Shown here: positions 48,574 through 56,521 of the stretch, one piece after another | How the letters are laid out: each line of letters begins with the position of its first letter | How positions within the stretch are numbered: the stretch's first letter is position 1 | Origin: Bacteroidota bacterium | GTDB lineage: Bacteria; Bacteroidota; Bacteroidia; Chitinophagales; UBA8649 | Assembly (NCBI GenBank): GCA_036128775.1 | Contig: JAYYPZ010000014.1 | Location: 1 to 56,521, forward strand | DNA length: 56,521 nt | Direction of reading: 5' to 3' | The notes under the pieces: model-generated | What the model saw: the letters and a program-made list of their open reading frames with translations, nothing else | The model's database searches: none | What the model was told of the DNA's origin: nothing | Made by a program: the position numbers and the translations under genes

Positions 48574-49422
48574 ATGAAAGACCACATGGAATACACTGCG
48601 AATATTGCAGGACAAACATTGTACGGTCAAATATGGGAAGTAGAGCAAGCAAAAGCAGCACTTATTCTATTGCATGGTATGGGGGAACATTCTGGGCGCT
48701 ATAGCGGCACCTTTGTGGACACGATGAATAAGGCAGGCTTTAATGTGCTATCGATCGACCTATTTGGCCACGGATTATCCGAAGGGAAACGCGGCGCATG
48801 TCCAAGTTATGAGTCCATATATCAAGTTATCGATAGCCTAGTTTCCAGAAAAGAAACCTGTTGGCCTGAGCTTCCCTTCTTTTTATTTGGGCATAGTTAT
48901 GGCGGGAATGTTCTTTTATCGTACACAAACCGCACGGATGGTCCACAAAGTCCATCTTCCTATCTTGGAAATATTCTGAGTGCACCTATGATAGAACTTG
49001 GATTTAAACCAGCAGCTTGGAAGTTGTTTATGGGGAATCTTATGCACAAGATCTATCCTAAATGGTCTGAGAAGTCAGGACTAGATACGGAAGCTATATC
49101 TTCCTTGGATTCCGCTTGTGAAGCGTACAGGCAAGACCCGCTTATACATGATGTGGTAACGGCGGGGATGATGGTCCCAGCATTAAAAGCAGGACAGGAT
49201 ATGTTGGCAGACAACTACAATTATCAGGTCCCAACCTTTATGTATCATGGCGATGCAGATCGTTTGACTTCTTACGATGCATCGAAAAAGTTTGCCGATG
49301 CTCATACGGATTCCGTAACCTTTTTGTCTGTTGAAAATGGCTATCACGAGATTCATCAAGATGCCATGGCTGAAGAAGTTCTGGCCTCTGTTATTGATTG
49401 GATGCAGAGCAAACTCAATTAA
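48574..49422 (+). CDS. Alpha/beta hydrolase (lysophospholipase/monoacylglycerol-lipase-like)
   Basis: LLHGMGEHSGRY, nucleophile elbow GHSYGG, a late GDADR, and a YHEIH catalytic-His region. The ATG at 48574 is preferred over the TTG at 48532. Confidence 0.8.
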   Translation: MKDHMEYTANIAGQTLYGQIWEVEQAKAALILLHGMGEHSGRYSGTFVDTMNKAGFNVLSIDLFGHGLSEGKRGACPSYESIYQVIDSLVSRKETCWPELPFFLFGHSYGGNVLLSYTNRTDGPQSPSSYLGNILSAPMIELGFKPAAWKLFMGNLMHKIYPKWSEKSGLDTEAISSLDSACEAYRQDPLIHDVVTAGMMVPALKAGQDMLADNYNYQVPTFMYHGDADRLTSYDASKKFADAHTDSVTFLSVENGYHEIHQDAMAEEVLASVIDWMQSKLN

Positions 49423-49800
49423 TTGATTACCCATTCCAAGGACTTTGAAGCAGAAGTTCGACAAGGGTGGTTTGCCGTTCGACGTTTTGTTAAAGATCAC
49501 CACGGTAAACGTCCAGATTTAACAGCTGTATTGTTGCTTATTGGACTTAATGAAGTGTCGCATGCTTCTGAAAACCCTTCAAAGGAGGAAATAGTCGATT
49601 TAATTCATGTGGGGACCTGTACTTCCTTGGGTATTGGAGGACATTATGTGTTGAAGCAAAAGGATAACCAAGATTGGCCGCACTTCGAATTGGATAAGCC
49701 CCTGCCTTCTTTTGAATCTATGCGTGCTCAGGAGACGTATCTCAAATACCACGTGATTCAGTATTTCAAGTCAAAGCATTATATATCAGATAACGATTAA
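49423..49800 (+). CDS. Hypothetical protein (125 codons, no ATG in the first 100 codons; TTG directly after the upstream TAA, same frame)
   Basis: Open frame with coding-like composition. I recognise no family. Its only start option near the 5' end is the TTG at 49423. Confidence 0.45.
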   Translation: MITHSKDFEAEVRQGWFAVRRFVKDHHGKRPDLTAVLLLIGLNEVSHASENPSKEEIVDLIHVGTCTSLGIGGHYVLKQKDNQDWPHFELDKPLPSFESMRAQETYLKYHVIQYFKSKHYISDND

Positions 49801-49809
49801 GACTTGCTT

Positions 49810-52782
49810 TTAACGAAACAAGGTTTCATAAATTTCCGTTTGCAAATCGGTCCGGATACCTTGCCGAACAAGGTTTGGATTATAGGCGTCAGGATAGCAT
49901 CGGTTGGATAGGAATATATAAATTAAGTTGGCCACTGGGTCAGCCCAAACGGAGGTTCCGGTAAATCCTGTGTGGCCGAATGTTTCCAGGCTAACAATAT
50001 TCGAAGTGGGACCGCCGTCAAAGTCGCGGTCAGGTTTATGAAAACCAAGCCCTCGGTTATTCCCCGGATATCGCTGCCAGCGAGTAAAATCGTCAATAGT
50101 AGATTCGCTCAAATACCTTCTGCCTTGCCAAGTACCTCCGTTTAGTAGCATTTGAAACAAACTTGCTAAATCATCTGCATTGGAGAAGAGTCCGGCATGA
50201 CCTGCAACACCACCTAACATAGCCGCGGCCATGTCATGTACATACCCATCAAGGAGTTGCTTGCGAAACAAGGTATCATCCTCAGTGGGTAGTATATGAT
50301 CTCTGTCAATCCATTGCCAGGGATTAAACATCATACTTTCAAGTCCCATTGGAAAGTAAAATTCGTTATAGACATAAGCATCCAATGGTTCGCCCGTTAC
50401 TCGCTCAATAAGCCGACCAAGCAAAAGAAAGCCCAAGTCGCTGTATTTATAGGTTGGCTCCGGCGTTAACTCCTGAATGGCAATGGTATCCCATATAGCT
50501 TCTCTAACATCATCTCGAATAAACATGGTGTCGGCAACCTTTTGGCTGTATCCTGCTTGCCAATGATTCGAATACACCGTTTCGCGCTGATCTAGGCTGC
50601 TTACATAAAATGGAATCCACGCAGGAAGTCCTGATTGATGCATTAAGGCATCTCTCAGACGAACTCCGCCACAGGGTGATTCTTCGAATTCAGGCATGTA
50701 GTGCGCAAAGGTTTTATCGAGATCTATCTTTCCATCCTCAACTAACTTCATGACACATATTGTTGTCGAAGCAACTTTCGTTATGGAGGCAAGATCAAAT
50801 AAATCCCCAACAAGGACGGTTCTCTTTTCATCATAGGTATGACTTCCAAAGGCACTGGAATATATGTTTCTTCCATGGTGATTTACCATGACTACTCCGC
50901 CAGGTGCGCTTCTGGTGTTAATGGTTTTATTCTCATAGGCCTTTAAAAGGTCAAGTGAAACAGGGTCAGGTCCTACTTTAAATGGGATGCCTAAAGGAAT
51001 TCCCGAACCCATCAAATCCTCTCCTTGGCCTTCTTGCCATTGGCCAGTAGAGATGGCTAGTCGTCCATTGACATCATGTTTACCAAGTATTGCGTTAACC
51101 GCTGCGATTTGTGCTTCCGGGCGATCCGCACCGACCATTAGAACATTCACGTCATTTGGGATATTTTCCAGTGCATAGGGAAGACCAAACAATAGAATCG
51201 TAACCTTACAGCGATTACTCACTTTGCTTATCAATGCTTTATCGGAGTCCCTCATACCAAACTTAGGGGGTGTTTTCCCAAGATTGTGAATACCAATAAC
51301 AAGGTGGTCATTGCTTCTAAGTGACGGCAATATCTTTTCGAACGTTTGCGTGGTAAGGTATTCGCTTGGGATGTAGTCCCCTACTCGATCTTGCCAGATT
51401 TGTTTTGAGCTACTTCCTAAGGCTAACGTGTAAATGGATTGATTATCCCTCAGTGGCAGGCTCGAACTATGTTCATCCGCGTTAGGTATCCAGGTAATGT
51501 TGGCCTGGTACAAATCGATTACTGTATTCTTACTTTCAATGGGGTTGAGATCATTGATAAGATTTCTTGTATTGGTGGGCTGATACTGATGCAGTTGAGC
51601 ATCGTATTTTTTTTGTAGGATTAATCGTAACCGTTGATGGATTTCATCCATCGTTATTTCACCTTGGGCAATACCTTCCTCTAAACGAGCAACAGTTCCT
51701 CCAATATCCTGTGCCATAACAAGTATATCATTTCCTGCAAGAAAGGCTTGATAAGCTACTTCGGCAGCGCCACTGTATCCGCTAGCTCCTTGCATATTTA
51801 GTGCATCACTGAATACCAAACCATCGAAACCTAACGAATCGCGGAGTAAATCTTTTAAAACGTACGATGAAAGGCTCGTAGGACGCTGGTTACGATTGTC
51901 TAGATTAGGCACAAATAGGTGGGCCGCCATTATTCCGGCTACGCCATCCTGAATCAATTGTTGAAAGGGTGGTAATTCCATTTGATTCAAACGGTTTCGA
52001 TCATGCAAAACAGAAGGCAGCGTTTTATGCGAATCCGAATCTGTATCGCCATGTCCTGGAAAATGTTTTGCTACAGCCATAATTCCATGATCTTGCATAC
52101 CTCTCATGTAGGCAGATCCTGCTTGTCCAACGCGATAGGGGTTTTCACCAAAAGAACGATAACCAATCACCGGATTATTCGGATTGCTGTTCACATCAAC
52201 AACAGGCGCAAAATTTATATGGATTCCAAGGCGTGAACATTCTTTTGCGATGGCTTTTCCCATTTGATATAGTGGGTCAAAATCTGTAGCACTTCCTATA
52301 GCAAGCTGATAGGGCCATTCGATGACGCTATCAAGCCGCATATCGACACCCCATTCTCCATCAACAGCTACCAACAAAGGAATTGTCGAAGCCTCTTGAC
52401 TTCGATTGATAACATCAAGCATCTGATGCGGGTGGCTTTTAAAAACGATAATGCTTCCAACGTGATGGTTTTTAATGGACTGAATAGCATGTGTTATAGA
52501 GGCTTCGCCTTGCATAGGCCATAAGTCCACCATAAAAAATTGCCCAAGCTTTTGTTTAAGATTCATTGCTGAAATCATGGATTCTACCCACGCATCACGC
52601 TCTAGTTCATTTTGACTGATGGTTAAGATATTATCGTCTTCCGCAATTCCTGAGGAGTCAGGTATTTCTGTAGTTTCAATAGCCTGTGATTCTTCTGGAC
52701 TGATGTCAGAACTTTTGTACTCCGACGTTGACGTAGCATTACATGCTGAAAACAAAAAAAACAATACGCCCATTAAAGGCAT
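49810..52782 (-). CDS. Fusion lipoprotein: glycoside hydrolase family 3 (NagZ-like beta-N-acetylhexosaminidase) N-terminal half plus serine hydrolase/beta-lactamase-fold (AmpH/EstB-like) C-terminal half
   Basis: Lipobox FFLFSAC. GH3 motifs: KHFPGHGDTDSDSH, and SDALNM containing the candidate nucleophile Asp. C-terminal half: SITK (SxxK) and GHTGFTGT motifs. Confidence 0.85.
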   Translation of the reverse strand: MPLMGVLFFLFSACNATSTSEYKSSDISPEESQAIETTEIPDSSGIAEDDNILTISQNELERDAWVESMISAMNLKQKLGQFFMVDLWPMQGEASITHAIQSIKNHHVGSIIVFKSHPHQMLDVINRSQEASTIPLLVAVDGEWGVDMRLDSVIEWPYQLAIGSATDFDPLYQMGKAIAKECSRLGIHINFAPVVDVNSNPNNPVIGYRSFGENPYRVGQAGSAYMRGMQDHGIMAVAKHFPGHGDTDSDSHKTLPSVLHDRNRLNQMELPPFQQLIQDGVAGIMAAHLFVPNLDNRNQRPTSLSSYVLKDLLRDSLGFDGLVFSDALNMQGASGYSGAAEVAYQAFLAGNDILVMAQDIGGTVARLEEGIAQGEITMDEIHQRLRLILQKKYDAQLHQYQPTNTRNLINDLNPIESKNTVIDLYQANITWIPNADEHSSSLPLRDNQSIYTLALGSSSKQIWQDRVGDYIPSEYLTTQTFEKILPSLRSNDHLVIGIHNLGKTPPKFGMRDSDKALISKVSNRCKVTILLFGLPYALENIPNDVNVLMVGADRPEAQIAAVNAILGKHDVNGRLAISTGQWQEGQGEDLMGSGIPLGIPFKVGPDPVSLDLLKAYENKTINTRSAPGGVVMVNHHGRNIYSSAFGSHTYDEKRTVLVGDLFDLASITKVASTTICVMKLVEDGKIDLDKTFAHYMPEFEESPCGGVRLRDALMHQSGLPAWIPFYVSSLDQRETVYSNHWQAGYSQKVADTMFIRDDVREAIWDTIAIQELTPEPTYKYSDLGFLLLGRLIERVTGEPLDAYVYNEFYFPMGLESMMFNPWQWIDRDHILPTEDDTLFRKQLLDGYVHDMAAAMLGGVAGHAGLFSNADDLASLFQMLLNGGTWQGRRYLSESTIDDFTRWQRYPGNNRGLGFHKPDRDFDGGPTSNIVSLETFGHTGFTGTSVWADPVANLIYIFLSNRCYPDAYNPNLVRQGIRTDLQTEIYETLFR

Positions 52783-52880
52783 TCTAGGTCTGCAACAAAT
52801 CATAGTAGAAAAGTAACTATATCGACGAAGAGATTATTGCTTAATTGTACACGCTAAATTGTTATTAGCAAGCTGAAGTT

Positions 52881-54026
52881 CTATTTTTTGCTGCCTTCAT
52901 ACAGTGGGAAGTGCATAAGCCTTGATTCGATTGACCCGTTGAACAGTTTTAGGCGTTTGGTTGATCGCAAGCCGATGCTTTTGGCCGCAACGGGATTTCC
53001 TACAAGAATCCATGCATCCCACCCGGTAAAGTGCTGCTTGAGATGATCTCCAATACTCCCATAAAACTCTTGAACATCTTCCAGGGATAGTCGCTTATCA
53101 TAGGGAGGGTTGAGAAAAACTATACCGGCTTTTTGTTTCGGCTTATAGGAGAAAAAGTCTTGTTGTTTAAGAAAATGGAAAGGGCTAAGACCTGCTCGAA
53201 CTAAGTTGTCATAGGCTGATCGATACGTTTCACGATCAATCTCAACACCTAGGATTTCTGGATAGTGATTATGAACTTGCTCTTTATGATAGTCTCTTTG
53301 TGATTCCCAGAGTCCCTTTGGATAGTCTGGCCATTGCATAAAAGGAAAACGCTTCCGACTCCAACTTGCATGTTGTTTGGTCGCTCGGTAAAGTGCTTCA
53401 ATGAGCATGGTGCCTGATCCGGTCATGCCATCAATAAAGGGTAGATCGGGTTTCCATTCGGTTTTGGCAAGTATCCCAGCAGCTAATATTTCATTCATCG
53501 GCGCCACATGGCTGTCGTCTCGAAATCCTCGTCTATGAAGCGATTCTCCTGTAGCATCCAAGGCAAGCTGTACTTGTTGATCCCTGATATCCAATGAAAA
53601 CACAATATCTGGATCTTGTACATTGATGTTGGGACGGTCTCCTGTTAAGTCTCGAAACCGATCACAAATGGCATCCTTGAGCTTCAGTGAGATATACTTG
53701 GAGTGCGTGAAGGTGTCTGAGAATACCCTCACATCAATTTTAAAGGTTTGGTCTACTGAAAAGTGATTTTCCCACGGATAAACACGGGCTTGGTTATAGA
53801 AATCGCGTTCATGCCGTGCTTGAAACTTATGAAAGGGGTGAATTACTCGAATGGCCAATCGACTGGTGGCATGGATGTCGACTAATGTTTTCCAATCAGC
53901 TTTAAAGTTTACCGCTCGATTACGCTCCTCGATTTGCTTTGCACCCATTTGAGCAATCTCTTTTCCAAGAAGGTGTTCAAAACCATAGAGTGTTTTTGCG
54001 ACATATTGCCTTACATTGTCTTCCAT
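52881..54026 (-). CDS. THUMP-domain class I SAM-dependent RNA methyltransferase (COG0116, RlmL/YpsC-like)
   Basis: N-terminal THUMP-like region, DGMTGSGTMLIEA (SAM motif I), and VFLNPPYD (motif IV). Confidence 0.85.
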   Translation of the reverse strand: MEDNVRQYVAKTLYGFEHLLGKEIAQMGAKQIEERNRAVNFKADWKTLVDIHATSRLAIRVIHPFHKFQARHERDFYNQARVYPWENHFSVDQTFKIDVRVFSDTFTHSKYISLKLKDAICDRFRDLTGDRPNINVQDPDIVFSLDIRDQQVQLALDATGESLHRRGFRDDSHVAPMNEILAAGILAKTEWKPDLPFIDGMTGSGTMLIEALYRATKQHASWSRKRFPFMQWPDYPKGLWESQRDYHKEQVHNHYPEILGVEIDRETYRSAYDNLVRAGLSPFHFLKQQDFFSYKPKQKAGIVFLNPPYDKRLSLEDVQEFYGSIGDHLKQHFTGWDAWILVGNPVAAKSIGLRSTKRLKLFNGSIESRLMHFPLYEGSKK

Positions 54027-54046
54027 ATGACCCTAAAAGTACTCTA

Positions 54047-55054
54047 ATGAAAGCAGTTCATCTCCAAAAGTTTGGTAAGCCTGAAAGAGCCTTTGCTCTT
54101 GTAGACTTAGATAAACCTAAATGTCCTAAAGAAGGTATCCTAGTTAAGGTTGAAGGTTTTGGGCTTAACTTCGCTGATATCATGGCAAGAACGGGTTTAT
54201 ATCCAGATTGTCCACCATTACCTGCGGTATTGGGGTATGATGTCGTTGGGATCATTGAAGAAGTTGGGCAAGGGGTTAAACATCTTGAAGTAGGTCAAAG
54301 AGTAACTGCCTTAACACGATTTGGAGGGTATGCAGAATACGCTGTCTGTGACCCTCGAGCTGTAGCGGTTATTGATGATATGCCTATTGGAAAAGCCATG
54401 GCGCTTACTACGCAGTATTCCACGGCTTGGCAGTGTTTTTATAACTCCGTTCGTATTGGACAAGGCGATAAAGTGCTTATCCATGCGGCTATGGGCGGGG
54501 TGGGAAGTGCCTTGGTACAAATGGCACTGCATGAGGGGGCAGAAGTTTATGCCACTGCGGGTTCAGATGAGAAGATTCAAGCATTAAAGGGATTAGGCGT
54601 ACAACATGCTATTAACTACAGAAAAGAAGATTTTTTTGAGGTGATCAAGAGGGACGGCGTGCGATTGGACGTCGTTTTTGATAGCATTGGAGGAAGTTCC
54701 GTAAAAAAAGGGTGCAAGCTCCTAGGTGCGGGAGGAAGTATCGTGTTGTATGGAGCTGCTCAATTTAATGGAGCGAATCTGTTTAAAAAGATTTCTACAT
54801 TTCTGCAGTTTGGATTTTATCACCCAATCCATTTTATGAGCAAAAGCCAATCTATGATTGGTGTTAATATGCTTAGACTGGCAGACTATAAGGCAGATAA
54901 GATTCAAGCTTGCCTGCATGGTGTGGTCAAGGGTGTTCAGGAAGGATGGTTAGATCCGACAGTAGGTGGTGTATATCCAATAGAGAATTTAGCTCAAGCA
55001 CACAATGATTTAGGGCAGCGTAAGACGACGGGAAAGGTAACAGTAACCTGGTAA
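54047..55054 (+). CDS. Medium-chain dehydrogenase/reductase, quinone-oxidoreductase-like (zinc-binding dehydrogenase family)
   Basis: MKAVHLQKFGKPE..., GLNFADIMARTGLYP, the nucleotide-binding AAMGGVGSALVQ, and the C-terminal GKVTVTW. The ATG at 54047 avoids an 88-nt overlap with the divergent gene. Confidence 0.85.
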   Translation: MKAVHLQKFGKPERAFALVDLDKPKCPKEGILVKVEGFGLNFADIMARTGLYPDCPPLPAVLGYDVVGIIEEVGQGVKHLEVGQRVTALTRFGGYAEYAVCDPRAVAVIDDMPIGKAMALTTQYSTAWQCFYNSVRIGQGDKVLIHAAMGGVGSALVQMALHEGAEVYATAGSDEKIQALKGLGVQHAINYRKEDFFEVIKRDGVRLDVVFDSIGGSSVKKGCKLLGAGGSIVLYGAAQFNGANLFKKISTFLQFGFYHPIHFMSKSQSMIGVNMLRLADYKADKIQACLHGVVKGVQEGWLDPTVGGVYPIENLAQAHNDLGQRKTTGKVTVTW

Positions 55055-55063
55055 TGAACAGGT

Positions 55064-56521
55064 CTATTCTCGGCTCAAATTTCTATCATTTCTTGGGTAA
55101 ATTCGATACTCTTCACCAAGATTGTAATCTTGAGGATGGAAATACTTCCCAACATTGAAAGGCTTTTTCGCGACCTCAGGATTTCTCAATTCTGGACGAT
55201 TTTGCATGTAAACATCATTTCGTTCAGCATATATTGTCCAACTTACTTCATGATTAGGTAGTCCTCCTTGAATGATAAATTGCCCTTGATTATCTACGCC
55301 TTGACTTACATGAAGTGAAGGCATAGCTCCACCAATAGCCGTCAACTGATAACTAAAATTCGTATTGATTGCTTGGGCATAGCTCTTCAGCTGAACAACA
55401 CCTTTTCCAGTAGCATCTAATTGAATGTTTCCTCGATAAACATTAAGCACTTCATCTGCCTCCATAGAGTAATGCCGTAATAACATATTTGCTGGATCTA
55501 AGGGGTGGTCAATTAGGAAGGTTTTAATCCCTGTGGCTCCTGAGTTATCCGGAGTAAAGAGTCCATACCAATTACCTTCTCCATATACACCATATCCATA
55601 CTGTCCTGCGGTATACGTTGCCCGTCCAACGACTCCACGCATATCGACAATACTACCTGCGGCATTTGCAAGGCCAAGCACACCTACAGATTCTGGGTGA
55701 TCCCAATTGTTTCTTCCTTCAACACCTGGATCAAACGTAGTCTCCATCTCTCCAAAAATTGCTGCCATCCCTGTGTCGGTTGGGAAGGATTCTACCCATA
55801 CTCCTCCTCCTTGATCAAAAACCCGTGCATAGATTGCTGCAGCATTCCGAAGACTACTTTCACTGTATACGTTGAATGGATAGTCTGTTGCAAGAGTCCC
55901 CGCGTTGGCCCCCAAGGCCGTTCCATTCGTACCGTTAACGGTTACCATGTCTCCTGTAAGCACAGCAGACGGTCCATTATAGACAAAGGTTCCATCGGCC
56001 AGAAACCGAGCGCGTAAAGCATTGTTAGTCCGTATGGTTAATCCTTGATTATTTGTCGTTCCTAAAAAGTTTATGTTTTCATCTGTATTTGAGTTTCCAA
56101 ACAAGTCCCACTTATCATCTATAAGAACCGTATTGCCGTTTGTAATACTTAATTGGTCATTAAGGGCTATGTATTGAAGAACTTGGTTGTCTGTTCCGAT
56201 TAAAGGACTGAGATCTACCGATGTTGAGCTTCCATCTTCAATATCAATTTGTAGAGTATTGCCTGTAAGAGTTGATCCCGTCAGATTTTGATTGTCCGTT
56301 CCAACACCGTCTTGTAAGGAAGAGAGGTCTATTGTCTCTGAATTCCCGTTTTCAATTCCAATAGTGAGAGAAGTACCTGAAAGTCCTGAACCTTGAATAT
56401 TTTGATCATCAGTTCCTGTAGAAACAGAAGACCAAATAGGCGTATTGTTAGCACCTTGTGAGACGAGCACCTGACCCACTGTACCCGGCTGGTCACCTGG
56501 TCTAAAATCTCCAATGATTCG
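55064..56521 (-). CDS. Tail-fibre-like or adhesin-like repeat protein (5' partial, continues beyond the right edge)
   Basis: The frame stays open upstream of the listed GTG through to base 56521. It has ~35-aa repeats (TDxQxL..L.G..L.I.I..G.S..DLS.L), then WDLFGNSNTDENINFLGTTNNQGLTIRTNN, and a C-terminal domain with IDHPLDPANMLLRHYSME. There is no T9SS tail. Confidence 0.6.
   Translation of the reverse strand, partial: RIIGDFRPGDQPGTVGQVLVSQGANNTPIWSSVSTGTDDQNIQGSGLSGTSLTIGIENGNSETIDLSSLQDGVGTDNQNLTGSTLTGNTLQIDIEDGSSTSVDLSPLIGTDNQVLQYIALNDQLSITNGNTVLIDDKWDLFGNSNTDENINFLGTTNNQGLTIRTNNALRARFLADGTFVYNGPSAVLTGDMVTVNGTNGTALGANAGTLATDYPFNVYSESSLRNAAAIYARVFDQGGGVWVESFPTDTGMAAIFGEMETTFDPGVEGRNNWDHPESVGVLGLANAAGSIVDMRGVVGRATYTAGQYGYGVYGEGNWYGLFTPDNSGATGIKTFLIDHPLDPANMLLRHYSMEADEVLNVYRGNIQLDATGKGVVQLKSYAQAINTNFSYQLTAIGGAMPSLHVSQGVDNQGQFIIQGGLPNHEVSWTIYAERNDVYMQNRPELRNPEVAKKPFNVGKYFHPQDYNLGEEYRIYPRNDRNLSRE

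Noticed and set aside
53939-54046. 108-nt N-terminal extension of the quinone-oxidoreductase ORF, overlapping the divergent methyltransferase gene by 88 nt
   Set aside because: The family N-terminus (MKAVHLQKFG...) begins at the ATG at 54047. The extension has no homology-like features and is an artefact of longest-ORF calling. The same reasoning applies to the extensions at 8078-8179, 13480-13692, 17531-17605, 38490-38555 and 6045-6107.
1-56521. Scan for rRNA, tRNA, CRISPR arrays, IS elements, integrases, toxin-antitoxin pairs and defence-island genes
   Set aside because: No intergenic region exceeds 287 nt. I saw no tRNA-like T-arm or acceptor features, no regularly spaced direct repeats, and no transposase, integrase, restriction or other defence signatures in any ORF. 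The single NPPY methyltransferase has a THUMP domain, which indicates an RNA substrate rather than restriction-modification.

Overview
The window looks like ordinary chromosomal core DNA from a member of Bacteroidota, probably a Flavobacteriia-type lineage. Three things point that way: a 2462-aa SprA type IX secretion (T9SS) translocon gene directly after ruvA, at least three proteins ending in T9SS C-terminal sorting domains, and lineage-typical families and gene orders (DUF5686, DUF4290-murA, DUF1573, tetR-tolC-MFP-RND). I support about 46 CDS. Most are housekeeping: thiL, galE, rfbA, ruvA, sprA, uvrA, a uvrD/pcrA-like helicase, murA, grpE, dnaJ, bcp, RNA-modification enzymes, peptidases, an RND efflux operon, and a GH3/beta-lactamase fusion. 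Genes are packed tightly, often with 1-20 nt overlaps and several non-ATG starts. I found four clear intrinsic terminators. I saw no rRNA, tRNA, CRISPR array, transposase, integrase or obvious defence island. I did not find a convincing new multi-gene system, and I would rather say so than invent one. The points most worth a second look are local oddities:
- a roughly 118-nt non-coding stretch bracketed by two strong terminators, the second abutting the start of the DUF5686 gene (candidate sRNA or attenuator leader);
- an FAD-oxidoreductase whose Rossmann motif lies upstream of any canonical start codon (possible ATT start overlapping the upstream stop);
- a DnaJ with only two of the usual four CxxCxGxG zinc motifs;
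- MurA with Asp in place of the fosfomycin-target Cys;
- an RND pump with two extra hydrophobic segments between TM6 and TM7;
- a secreted T9SS protein with a CxxCH motif inside a redox-flavoured gene run;
- an alpha/beta hydrolase separated from a 125-codon ATG-less ORF by a single in-frame TAA;
- a truncated tail-fibre-like repeat protein at the right edge.
All protein-family calls come from motif recognition by eye, not from database searches.
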